From Candidatus Poribacteria bacterium (lineage in GTDB: Bacteria > Poribacteria > WGA-4E > WGA-3G), in contig CBDAUI010000002.1 of NCBI GenBank assembly GCA_965200205.1, positions 1,449,472-1,513,471 on the forward strand: DNA of 64,000 nt. The letters run 5' to 3'. A program made the translations under genes and the position numbers. Below the pieces are notes generated by a model, which worked only from the letters and a program-made list of their open reading frames with translations, ran no database searches and had not been told where the DNA came from. Of this stretch, positions 9,593 to 19,500 are shown piece by piece. The stretch's first letter is position 1. Each line of letters begins with the position of its first letter.

Positions 9593-10696
9593 ATGAAGAT
9601 AACAAAATTAGAAACATTTCTGGTGAAACCGCGCTGGCTCTTCCTTAAAATCCATACAGATGAAGGACTTGTAGGACTCGGTGAACCCATTTTAGAGGGA
9701 CGTGCGAAAACGTGCGCGCAAGCCGTTGATGAACTCGCCCCCTATCTCATCGGTGAAGATCCGAGACGTGTTGTCCACCACTGGCAGGCGATGTATCGCC
9801 ACGCATTCTATCGCGGGGGTCCCATCCTGACAAGCGCACTCAGCGGCGTAGAGCAGGCACTCTGGGACCTCGCTGGGAAATCGCTCGGTGTCCCTGTCTA
9901 CCAACTCTTCGGCGGACCGACGCGCGACCGCATCAGACTCTACAAAGGTGGCGGTGACCCAGACGGAATCAAAGAGTGGATTGACAAAGGGTTTACCGCT
10001 TTCAAGACAGGTGTCGCTGGCGGCAGACCCGCACGTATCATCGAAAATAAAGCCTTCATCGATAGAGCCGTGGATCACTTCGCAGCACTCCGTGAAGCCG
10101 CGGGTCCCGAAGTTGACTTAGCCATCGATTTTCACGGTGCAGTCAGTCCACAGACCGCAAAGGTACTGATTAAAGCGTTGGAACCCTACCAACCGATGTT
10201 CGTTGAGGAACCGATCCAGTGCCAAAATGTTGATACACTCGCTGAAATCGCACGAAGCACACATCTCCCGATCGCAACAGGTGAACGGATTTTCACGAAG
10301 TGGGGGTTCCGTGAAATTTTGGAGAAACAGGCAGCGTCTGTCCTCCAACCTGACCTCTGCCACGCCGGGGGCATCAATGAAGTCCGCATTATCGCAGGTA
10401 TGGCAGAAGCCTATTACGGGGGTATCGCCCCACACAATCCGCTCGGCCCCATCTCTTTAGCAGCATGTATCCAATTAGATGCCTCTATCCCGAACTTTGT
10501 AATGCAAGAGCATACAACACTCGGCGAAGGCTATCTCAAGAATCCCTTCGTCTTCAAAGACGGTTTCGTTGAACTACCGACCGGTCCCGGACTCGGTATC
10601 GAACTCGATGAGGACGCACTCGAAGATAAGATTGACCACGATTGGCAGAATCCAAGGTCCTATCACCCCGACGACGGCTCCGTTGTTGATTGGTAA
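9593..10696 (+). CDS. dgoD: enolase-superfamily sugar-acid dehydratase, D-galactonate dehydratase-like
   Basis: MKITKLETFLVKPRWLFLKIHTDEGLVGLGEP..RAKT...YRGGPIL..ALWDLAGK closely mirrors the DgoD/mandelate-racemase N-terminus and metal-binding D/E/D pattern. Confidence 0.8.
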   Translation: MKITKLETFLVKPRWLFLKIHTDEGLVGLGEPILEGRAKTCAQAVDELAPYLIGEDPRRVVHHWQAMYRHAFYRGGPILTSALSGVEQALWDLAGKSLGVPVYQLFGGPTRDRIRLYKGGGDPDGIKEWIDKGFTAFKTGVAGGRPARIIENKAFIDRAVDHFAALREAAGPEVDLAIDFHGAVSPQTAKVLIKALEPYQPMFVEEPIQCQNVDTLAEIARSTHLPIATGERIFTKWGFREILEKQAASVLQPDLCHAGGINEVRIIAGMAEAYYGGIAPHNPLGPISLAACIQLDASIPNFVMQEHTTLGEGYLKNPFVFKDGFVELPTGPGLGIELDEDALEDKIDHDWQNPRSYHPDDGSVVDW

Positions 10697-10715
10697 GGAA
10701 TAGTTATAAAAACTT

Positions 10716-11516
10716 ATGAAATTTATAATGTTTACAAAGCATCTGGAAGGATTAGAAATTCCAGAGATTATCACTGCCTTACAATCGGTAGGCGTTAGTG
10801 GCGCGGATTTATGTGTCCGTCCCGGCTACCCAGTGAACCCTGAAAACGCAACAGAGGCGTTATCCGCTGCTGCGAAACAGTTTGCCGATGCTGGGTTGTC
10901 GATCCCACTCGTCACAACACCCGGCGATTTCCTCGACCCGACACAGGAAAATACGCGGCGTGTCTACGCTGCCGCAGGTGAAGCCGGTGTCGAATACATC
11001 AAATTAGGATACTGGCACTGGCACGCCGAAGACGGCGGCTACTGGGCACAAGTTGACGCTATCCGCAAGCAGTTAGAAGGCTTCGCGAAACTCTCCGAAC
11101 AACACGGACCCCGGACATGCATCCATAACCATTCAGGTACCTCAATGGGACTAAATTCGTGTGCTGTGATGAATCTCGTCAAAGATTTTAATCCACAACA
11201 CGTCGGTGTCTTTGCCGATACCGGGCATCTCTCCATTGTCGGAGAACCGATCAATATGGCACTGGACATCGTCAGATCGCATCTCGCCCTCATCGCTTTC
11301 AAAGATTTGGCACGTACACCGGGCGCGCGCGGCGGCAGAGTCGTCCGAATGGGGAAAGGCTTCGTTGACTGGGAAACGACAGTAGCGACATTACAGACCA
11401 TCGGTTTCTCTGGCCCCATCAGCTTCCACAGCGAATACAGCGGAGAACCCGTAGATACGGTTATTGACCTTGCGCGTGTAGATGTCCGTTTCATTACAGG
11501 TTTATTAGAGAAGTAA
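10716..11516 (+). CDS. sugar phosphate isomerase/epimerase (xylose isomerase-like TIM barrel)
   Basis: size, HNH..G metal-binding-like motifs, family-typical N-terminus; adjacent to dehydratase. Confidence 0.6.
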   Translation: MKFIMFTKHLEGLEIPEIITALQSVGVSGADLCVRPGYPVNPENATEALSAAAKQFADAGLSIPLVTTPGDFLDPTQENTRRVYAAAGEAGVEYIKLGYWHWHAEDGGYWAQVDAIRKQLEGFAKLSEQHGPRTCIHNHSGTSMGLNSCAVMNLVKDFNPQHVGVFADTGHLSIVGEPINMALDIVRSHLALIAFKDLARTPGARGGRVVRMGKGFVDWETTVATLQTIGFSGPISFHSEYSGEPVDTVIDLARVDVRFITGLLEK

Positions 11517-11535
11517 CCCGAGCTATTACCTTTGC

Positions 11536-11576
11536 CAGAATCCACTTGTAGGAGGGGTTTGTAACCCCGATGTAAC
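11536..11576. repeat. REP-like intergenic hairpin element (TGTAGGAGGGGTTTGTAACCCCG)
   Basis: GGGGTTtgtaAACCCC stem-loop; related copies at 21121, 35526, 36151. Confidence 0.5.
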
Positions 11577-11606
11577 GCTTGAGTTAGAAAAATAAGGAAA
11601 AAGAGA

Positions 11607-12419
11607 ATGCCGCAATTTCAGTTAGGCTTAAATACCAGCACAATACGTCCCGCTGGGTTAATGGATAAAATTAGGATCGCTGCCGAAACCGGTTATTCAG
11701 CGATTGAATTATGGAACGACGATTTAACGGCTCACGAGGAACAAGGCGGATCGCTCGCTGATGTCAAAAAAGCACTTGACGACCACGGGCTTTCAGTCCC
11801 CACCGTCATTGCGCTGCACGGTTGGCTCAACACGGCAGGCACGGAACATCAGGAAGCCATTGAAGAAGCAAAACGACGGATGGCGCAAGCCGCCGCTGTC
11901 GGTGCAACCTACATTATCTCAAGTCCGCCGCGCGACGTGGCAGACCTCCAATTAGGCGGCAAGAACTATCGCGAACTTCTCGAACTCGGACGTGAATTCG
12001 GCGTTAAACCCGCCATGGAATTCCTCGGTTTCGTGGATGGTGTTAATCAAGTCAAACATGCGTGGGAAGTGATGGAGGTCGCAGATCATCCCGATAGTAC
12101 AATTGTCCTCGATCCGTTCCATATCTATCGCGGCGGTGGCGAAATAGAAGATATGGAAGGCATCCCCGGCGAGAAGATCGCAGTCTTCCACTTCAACGAC
12201 GCACCTGCCGAACCCGCACGTGCAGAACAATCGGATGCAGACAGAGTGTACCCCGGTGATGGCATTCTTGACCTCGGACGGATGATCACTATTCTAAAAG
12301 ACGCAGGATATGAAGGTGTCATCTCGTTAGAACTGTTCAACCCGAACTATTGGGCGCAAGACCCCACAGAAGTCGCACGCATCGGCTTGGAAAAGATGCA
12401 AGCTATCCTAGACAACTAG
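11607..12419 (+). CDS. sugar phosphate isomerase/epimerase (xylose isomerase-like TIM barrel), second copy
   Basis: GLNTSTIRP..GYSAIELW N-terminus typical of AP-endonuclease-2/xylose-isomerase-like TIM-barrel family. Confidence 0.65.
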   Translation: MPQFQLGLNTSTIRPAGLMDKIRIAAETGYSAIELWNDDLTAHEEQGGSLADVKKALDDHGLSVPTVIALHGWLNTAGTEHQEAIEEAKRRMAQAAAVGATYIISSPPRDVADLQLGGKNYRELLELGREFGVKPAMEFLGFVDGVNQVKHAWEVMEVADHPDSTIVLDPFHIYRGGGEIEDMEGIPGEKIAVFHFNDAPAEPARAEQSDADRVYPGDGILDLGRMITILKDAGYEGVISLELFNPNYWAQDPTEVARIGLEKMQAILDN

Positions 12420-12442
12420 AAAAGGTAATAAGGAGGTAACAA

Positions 12443-14296
12443 TTGCAGGACGGGCAGAAAACAATTAAAACTTTATTTGATAGTAGTACAATTTTCAATA
12501 TCCCCAAATATCAACGTGCTTATGCATGGGAAGAAGAACAACTTGATGCTTTTATTGAGGATATGGAAAATCAGGATTCCGACAAAGATCACTTCTTTGG
12601 TACAATTTTGCTTCAGAAACAAGAACCAGAAGGGGAATTTAACATAATAGACATTGTTGATGGCCAACAGCGGATTACAACGATTATTATCTTTATGAAA
12701 CTACTTTTGGCACAACATGAAAATATGGGGAACAATGTTAGAAGGCTAAGGCGTACTTATATTAAGGATGATGTATATAAACTCCGCGTTTTGGACATTG
12801 ATAACGACTTTTTTGAATCTTATATCTTGGAGGATAACGGGTCTGGCGATAATGAGGTGGAAACACCATCCCAACGCCGATTGCTCAAAGCTAAGGAATA
12901 CCTTGCTGAATGGATAGAAACACATCTTAATAGGGTCAAGGAATTCATAGATAAAATTGGAAACATGAAGGTTTTAACTTATTCAGTGGAGGATGATTCC
13001 GAGGCGGCTCTAATTTTTGAGACAACCAACAACCGAGGCAAATCACTGACTAGCTTGGAGAAAGTCAAAAGTTTCTTGATGCACAAGACCTACCTTGCAT
13101 CGAATAGTTCTGAAATTGCCGAAATTGGATTGAAAAGGCTCCAAAATCGATTCAGTAAGATTTACCGAGTTTACGAGGAAATTGAAGATTTTGGAAAAAC
13201 TAAAGGTGAATTCAGCAAGACTGATGAAGATTCGATTTTGCAGTACCACTCCATTGCTTTTGAAAACTGGAAAGGCAAGGAATACCAAGATTCCGTTCGG
13301 ATGGTTAACCAACAGATAAACGGTCTAATTAAAGCAAATAGAACCGCAGATGCAGCAGAGTTCATCAACAAGTACAGTCGGGAATTAAGGGAGAGTTTCA
13401 AAATTATGAACAAGTTGCTTCTGAGTCGTGACTCTTATCTCCTTGACATATTTGCTCTCAATCGCCCAGCGGCGTTTTATCCTCTTCTAATCACAGCTTA
13501 CAAACGCGACAAGTCAAATGGGAAACAGGATTTTGAAAAGGTTGCGCAATTAGTAGAAATTATATGTTTCCGGTTCGGTATTATTGGTGCCCGATCAGAT
13601 AAAGGCGTTAGTCAACTGTATGGACTGGCGAAGGATTTCAATTTCTTCAAGTGGAATTTCAATCGACTTATCCGCGCTCTTCAAGACTTTATTACAGATT
13701 ACTGCGGCGATTTTGTTTTCAAACATGCTCTTCAATCACCTTCCTTTTATTCTGATGTGAATTCAAACGATCAGCGATATCTCTTTTGGAAGTATGAGAA
13801 TTATCTCAGAGATATGGATGGTTACTCCGAGATGTCCTACGACGAATTTACCAATGACAACTCGCGGTCAAAATTCTCAATGGAACACATCATTCCGCAA
13901 AACCCTAAGGAGAGCAAGATTGTTGAAGATGATTCAATCCTATCAACCACCGATTTTGAATCTCCAGAATTTAAGGAGAACTATCTCCATAGTATCGGAA
14001 ATTTGACGATTGATCCAGTCTCAGCGAATGCCAGCAAATCGAATCAGAACTTTGAATATAAAGATCAAAAGTATTTCCGCAGAGCACCGCTCATGGCACA
14101 AAACGAATTGATCGATTTCCAGAACGATGAAACAGGAAAATGGGATAAAGTCTCTATTTCAGATAGAGCACGGCAGATTCGTTCTTTTGCTTTGGAACGC
14201 TGGAATTGTCAGAAACCAGGGCAGAAATCCTCGGAAATCGCTAAGATTATGCCTCTCACGATAGCTTTTGAGGAGGCGATGGAGGAAGGGTTGTAA
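12443..14296 (+). CDS. GmrSD-like type IV restriction/defence nuclease (DUF262 ParB-like N-domain + DUF1524 His-Me/HNH-like C-domain)
   Basis: N-terminal IPKYQRAYAWEEEQ and DGQQRITT motifs (DUF262); C-terminal SMEHIIPQNP ... GNLT motifs (DUF1524); TTG start after AAGGAGG RBS; AT-rich relative to flanks. Confidence 0.8.
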   Translation: MQDGQKTIKTLFDSSTIFNIPKYQRAYAWEEEQLDAFIEDMENQDSDKDHFFGTILLQKQEPEGEFNIIDIVDGQQRITTIIIFMKLLLAQHENMGNNVRRLRRTYIKDDVYKLRVLDIDNDFFESYILEDNGSGDNEVETPSQRRLLKAKEYLAEWIETHLNRVKEFIDKIGNMKVLTYSVEDDSEAALIFETTNNRGKSLTSLEKVKSFLMHKTYLASNSSEIAEIGLKRLQNRFSKIYRVYEEIEDFGKTKGEFSKTDEDSILQYHSIAFENWKGKEYQDSVRMVNQQINGLIKANRTADAAEFINKYSRELRESFKIMNKLLLSRDSYLLDIFALNRPAAFYPLLITAYKRDKSNGKQDFEKVAQLVEIICFRFGIIGARSDKGVSQLYGLAKDFNFFKWNFNRLIRALQDFITDYCGDFVFKHALQSPSFYSDVNSNDQRYLFWKYENYLRDMDGYSEMSYDEFTNDNSRSKFSMEHIIPQNPKESKIVEDDSILSTTDFESPEFKENYLHSIGNLTIDPVSANASKSNQNFEYKDQKYFRRAPLMAQNELIDFQNDETGKWDKVSISDRARQIRSFALERWNCQKPGQKSSEIAKIMPLTIAFEEAMEEGL

Positions 14297-14446
14297 AAGA
14301 TTTTACGTACAGAGGAATCTGTCCAATAGTAAGGTCCTTTTAAAAACAACTGAATATCTGAACAAAAGCATATGTCTGTTGTTTTTTGCGTTTATGTGTT
14401 ATAATAGGTAGTAAGTTGAGTTAGTAATAATTAAAGGAGATGTGAA

Positions 14447-14686
14447 ATGCCTATAGAGACAAGTGAACGTCTGACACTAAATGAAATGATAGAGAAGTAT
14501 CCTGATCAGTGGCTGTTTATTGTTGATCCTGAAATCAGTAGTGACACTTCAGAACTTATATCAGGCATAGTTACTGCCCGTAGCGATTTAAGGGATGATG
14601 TTTATCGTGAACTGAGCACCCTTAAAGGGGGTGCCGTTATACGTTATACTGGGGAGATTCCAAAAGGGAGATTGTGCCTGCTATAA
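14447..14686 (+). CDS. small hypothetical protein translationally coupled to downstream aspartic protease gene
   Basis: 79 aa, GGAG RBS, TAATG stop/start overlap with next gene; AT-rich island. Confidence 0.4.
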   Translation: MPIETSERLTLNEMIEKYPDQWLFIVDPEISSDTSELISGIVTARSDLRDDVYRELSTLKGGAVIRYTGEIPKGRLCLL

Positions 14687-15117
14687 TGCCTCAGACACGT
14701 TTCGAGTTAAGCCCTGACAGATTAATTATGGTCCAAGCTACAATACATGCATTGGACTATAGCAAGCATGTTACTGTAGATTTAATATTAGATACTGGTG
14801 CCTCGTTTACGACTATTAATCCAGATATTTTATCAGATTTAGGATACGACCTTTCAGATCCAAATTTGCATAGGATCGATTTTATCACAGCCAGTGGTAC
14901 TACCAAGGCTGAAATTATTGCAATAAGCAGATTATCGGTAATTGGTCATACTTTTGAACAAATGGAAGTTGCAGCTAGCTATTTGCCTGTCGAGACTTAT
15001 GCACACGGATTATTAGGAGCAAATTTCTTATCTTGTTTCGATATAGGTATTAGTTATTCTAAACATATCATTAATACCGAGCCAATTCCATCTACGATTT
15101 TTAGTTTTACACCGTAG
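14686..15117 (+). CDS. retropepsin-like (clan AA, DTGA-type) aspartic protease
   Basis: LILDTGASFTTINPD motif (Asp-Thr-Gly-Ala catalytic signature); size ~143 aa matches single-domain retropepsin-like proteins. Confidence 0.55.
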   Translation: MPQTRFELSPDRLIMVQATIHALDYSKHVTVDLILDTGASFTTINPDILSDLGYDLSDPNLHRIDFITASGTTKAEIIAISRLSVIGHTFEQMEVAASYLPVETYAHGLLGANFLSCFDIGISYSKHIINTEPIPSTIFSFTP

Positions 15118-15342
15118 GCAATTAGGATTGCGTGCAAGTTCAGTTTTCATGGGGTCGTTCATTTTCTTGCGTGTTTCGCCCATCGGTCGAACCCATAGGA
15201 AAGACAGCCCTCTGATGGAGTACTGTCTTTTGTAAGGGCGTTTCCCGTCCCGCTCAAAATTGTCCAAAGCGTAGTATAATAATGCAGAAATTATGTATAT
15301 TTTCACTCTTGAGACTGAGCAATTTTAAAAGGAAAAGTTTGA

Positions 15343-16476
15343 ATGACTTATATTGACGGATTATTGTCATCGTTGACGCGTGTTAAAAAGGCGCGTTCGT
15401 TACGTGCGTCTTCATGGGACACGACAGGAAGAAATAACGATGCATGGAACATCGCTCCGGGTGAAACGCGTGTTCTTGCAGATATTCAAGGTCCGGGATG
15501 TATCAATCATATCTGGATGACACAACCGAATGGTTACCGAAACGTCTTGATCCGAATGTTTTGGGATGACGAGGAACATCCGAGCGTTCTCTGTCCACTG
15601 GGCGACTTCTTCGGTCTCGGAAACGAGATTGTTAACTCTTACGATTCCATACTCTTTTCAGCATCCACGCACCAAAACAATACGTTTAATTCAGGCTGCG
15701 CGCTCAATTGCTATTTGCAGATGCCGTTTAATCGCAGCGCAAGAATTGAACTCGTCAACGAAGGCGATACGACCCATCGTCAATATTTCTACATCGATTA
15801 TGAACTATATCCCGAACCGCACGGTGAGGATATTGCCTATTTTCACGCGCAATTCCATCGTGAAAACCCGTGTGATGGATGGGGACACGAAATCACTGTA
15901 AATACCCCCGAAGCCGATATCGTCAATGCAGAACGGCTCGCTTGGGACAACAATTACCTAATCCTGTCCGCTGAAGGCAGAGGGCACTATATCGGTTGTA
16001 ACCTATCGGTCACCAATTTTCAAGGTACATGGTGGGGTGAAGGCGATGATATGATCTGGATAGACGGTTATAAATGGCCCCCCGATTTGCACGGCACAGG
16101 TTCAGAGGATTACCTCAACCAAGCCTGGGGCATGCAACAGAACACTTTTGCACATAACGGTTCCGCTATCCACGAAAGCAATACCGAGGGTTACCAGAGC
16201 TCTTATGTCTATCACATCGAAAACCCGATCCGTTTTGAAAAGGAGATTCGGGTTACAATTGAACACGGACACGGCAACCATCTTAGCAATGAAACATCTT
16301 CCGTGGCGTACTGGTACCAAATTGAACCGCACGCGCCCTTCGGGATTTTACCGGTCGCACAACGCACGCCGGTATTAAGAGACGAATCCGGCGCATGGCC
16401 CGCACTGCCCCCTTCAACGGAACCTGTGCTCAACGATGAAATGAAAAAGATGAAACAGAAATGGAGCCAGTTGTAA
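15343..16476 (+). CDS. hypothetical protein, possibly DUF2961/GH172-like beta-sandwich glycosidase family (tentative)
   Basis: 377-aa ORF with good coding statistics; family assignment from memory of DUF2961-type proteins only, unverified. Confidence 0.3.
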   Translation: MTYIDGLLSSLTRVKKARSLRASSWDTTGRNNDAWNIAPGETRVLADIQGPGCINHIWMTQPNGYRNVLIRMFWDDEEHPSVLCPLGDFFGLGNEIVNSYDSILFSASTHQNNTFNSGCALNCYLQMPFNRSARIELVNEGDTTHRQYFYIDYELYPEPHGEDIAYFHAQFHRENPCDGWGHEITVNTPEADIVNAERLAWDNNYLILSAEGRGHYIGCNLSVTNFQGTWWGEGDDMIWIDGYKWPPDLHGTGSEDYLNQAWGMQQNTFAHNGSAIHESNTEGYQSSYVYHIENPIRFEKEIRVTIEHGHGNHLSNETSSVAYWYQIEPHAPFGILPVAQRTPVLRDESGAWPALPPSTEPVLNDEMKKMKQKWSQL

Positions 16477-16595
16477 GCCAAAGCACTTAGCCTGAAACGA
16501 AGTGGAAGGGTTTTTGCTTGGGTGTTTTTTGGGCATACGGAAAGGCACATCGAATTTTCAACCCAGCTTATCGAACCGCAAGGAATAATTAAAAC

Positions 16596-19500
16596 ATGTT
16601 CACCGGTTTTCAACAAGTTTTAGCTGCATGCATCGCGAAAACAGAGGAAAATACAGATCAACCCGACGATGCACAGCACGACGACGAATCCCAAGCGGAA
16701 TTAGAAATCGCAACCGATAATAATTCCGTAGATAATACTGAACAGACAGACACCCCGGCTCCAGAGCAGAACGGAACCGAAGAGGGTGATGAAGTGTCGC
16801 CCGTATCGGAGGATGATACCTCATCTGATCCTGTAGACGAGAGTACGGAGACACACGCCGACGATGATCCGGTCGTCGTGGATGAAGACGCTGAGTCACA
16901 TGATAACGATGTTTCTAATAAGTCAGATGTAGAAGAAGCAGCTGGTGACGAGGTTTCTAACACAGCACCTCCAGATGCTGACGACGAACCTGATGAATCA
17001 TTAGCAGACGCTGATTCGGTCACAGAGGACGATACAACGTCAGAGCCTGCGGACGCTTCGCCTGAAAAGGAAACCGAAGACACTGCAGATGACAGTCCAC
17101 AGGTTGCCGACAACGAAACAATAGAAACGGAAGCACAAGAATCAGATGAAATAGACAAAGACGAAGATACCCAAACCGTACCCGTACCCGAACCTGATCC
17201 TCCAGCATTGGAACTCGGTATTGTTGAAGAGATTTATGATTTTGTGGAGATGTTTGACCAAAGCACCGTTTCGGGTACAGAACAAGCATCCGCAAATGGA
17301 ACGGATTGTGCAGGCGGCGTTACCAAACCTGCAATCTTTGAACATCCAATCCCAACAGAAACCGCAAAGATTGATTATACCGTCTCACTCCCCGATACTG
17401 ATGACCAAGAACGGCTCTGTTTACACTTTTTCATCGGTTTGCGCGACGGTGTCGTATTTGACGACGAGACGCGACAACCCGGCGGTGTGAAGTTCGCTAT
17501 CGAAATTTTCGACCTACACAATAATGTAGACTTGGAAGCCCCCCCAAATAGATGTTTTGAATCGACAGCTACAGAGTGTTGTTGGACAGAACATGGGATT
17601 GACCTGACAGCCTACGCTGGCAAAGAGATCGTCATATCTTTTTTGACGGAATGCAATGTAGCCGGTAACAGTAACTACGCATGGGCATTGTGGGGCAAAC
17701 CAGCGTTAGGGAAATTCAGACAGACACGCCTCCGAAAAGCGAGACGAGACCCAGAACCGGAAATCCGTTGTGGTGTGGCACTTCTACACTTCAGTGATGA
17801 AAAGACCGAGTTCATTGCGTTTAACGTGCCGACATCAACTGCGGTCTCCGAACTGACAAGTATTTGTCTTGAATCCTCGAAATCCGAAAAGTCGCCAGTC
17901 AAAATAGGACTATATACGGCAGTTCCTAAATTAGAAATTGTGAACATAGGTGCGACAACAGCCATTGTTGCTGCCGGTGAAGACTTTGAGGTTCAATGTA
18001 CTGTCCGGAATGTCGGTACAGCACCGCTCGGACGGTCAGATGATGCCCGGGTTTCTATTAACGGTGTGAAATTACGACGCGGACGCCCGCGACAGAGTAT
18101 TAAAGGGCTCGAACCGGGTGAAGAGTCCTCTATCTCTTGGGTAGCGCGCCGCTTTTCACAGCCGACGCTAACAACAGTCGGTGTTTCACTGAAATGTCTC
18201 ACCTCAGCCGGTGAAGATCGGAAAACGGTACAAGGACACATTGAGATCCGACCAACACCCCCTAAACTCAACGCCAAAGTTGTGAAAGAACTTTACACCT
18301 ACACAGCGGAAGACGGTAGCGTTGTGATGGGAAACAAAAATCTTCGGATCGTTTTTGTTCGTGCTATTGATGCACCCGCTAAAGCTAACAACGCCTCACC
18401 GGCCGACAGCGGTTTCGCTTATTATCTATTATTTGTCGCGAAGGGGGGCAACTATCAACAAGTTGCATCCTGTCCTGCGCTCTCTGAGGTTACTTATTTA
18501 GATGCTGCCCAGAACCGTCAAACAACCCGACTTGCCCCCACAGACTATCAACTTGCGGGAAACAGTCGCGGCGAATCTATCGTTCGATTTAGCGGCGCAC
18601 ATACCGATACCGACGGTGTGAAATGGAACTATGAGATGCAGTGGACACTCGCTGAAGATGCAACGCGAGTACAAACAGAATCTCATCTGCAAACCGATGG
18701 CGATAGAGAACTCCTCGCTTTCCGCGGTCCCATGCTTTACGCTGGACAAGGACGAAATCAAGAGAAGAAAACGGCAGCACTCTTTCCCGGACTCGAATTT
18801 TTAGAGAGCGACGAGATTTCTTCAAGCCCGCGCGATGCAGCACCACCCCTCAACAACCGCCTTGTACCGCATCCCTATAAAATTACGGTGCCAGTAATGG
18901 CAGTTGAGATGCAGAAATCGGTTGTCGGTATTATCTGGAATCCGCTTGACACTTGGGACAGCGAAAACCGGACGCTCTCAGCGATATTCGCCTCACCGAA
19001 TTGGCATCAATATCAGAAAAATCATGCCCTCGGTGTATTCCTACCCACTATACCCGAATGGGTTCAGGAAAATCACACAGAGGCATCTATCCCGTACCCG
19101 CTGATTTCATCACGTCCGCTCTCTATCAAAGCCGAAATTATTGTTGATGGCAGAGCCTCAATTGTAGATGCTGTGAAGCATTGGACAGATGCCTACGGCA
19201 CACCCGAACCGCTCCAACCACCGCGCAGCGACGAGGAAGAGGTACTGCTTTCACGGCACGGATTCATGCATACAACATGGGACGAAAATACCGGTAAATC
19301 GCAGCACTGTGTGGATTGGGCTGCGCACAATGAACCCGGTTTTGGCACACTTCTCTGGTACGATTACCTTGCTACAAAAGATGCACAAGTTAAGGAACGG
19401 GTGCAGGAAATTGTGAAAAATACTGTAGCCGACACCGGAGTGGAAGGTTTAGCTGCCCGCGGCTCCTGCCATATCTTACGATGGGAGTTCCCATTCTATG

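Noticed and set aside
15028-15306. 92-aa minus-strand ORF overlapping the end of the retropepsin-like gene
   Set aside because: Overlaps a better-supported plus-strand gene and an intergenic region; no RBS or motif.
12443-15340. Possible integrated mobile element (AT-rich island)
   Set aside because: No integrase, transposase, tRNA or flanking direct repeats detected. Kept only as a defence islet of horizontal origin, not called a mobile element.
16658-17158. 166-aa Ser-rich ORF on minus strand
   Set aside because: Antisense translation of the acidic GAT/GAA-rich N-terminal region of the 1354-aa protein.
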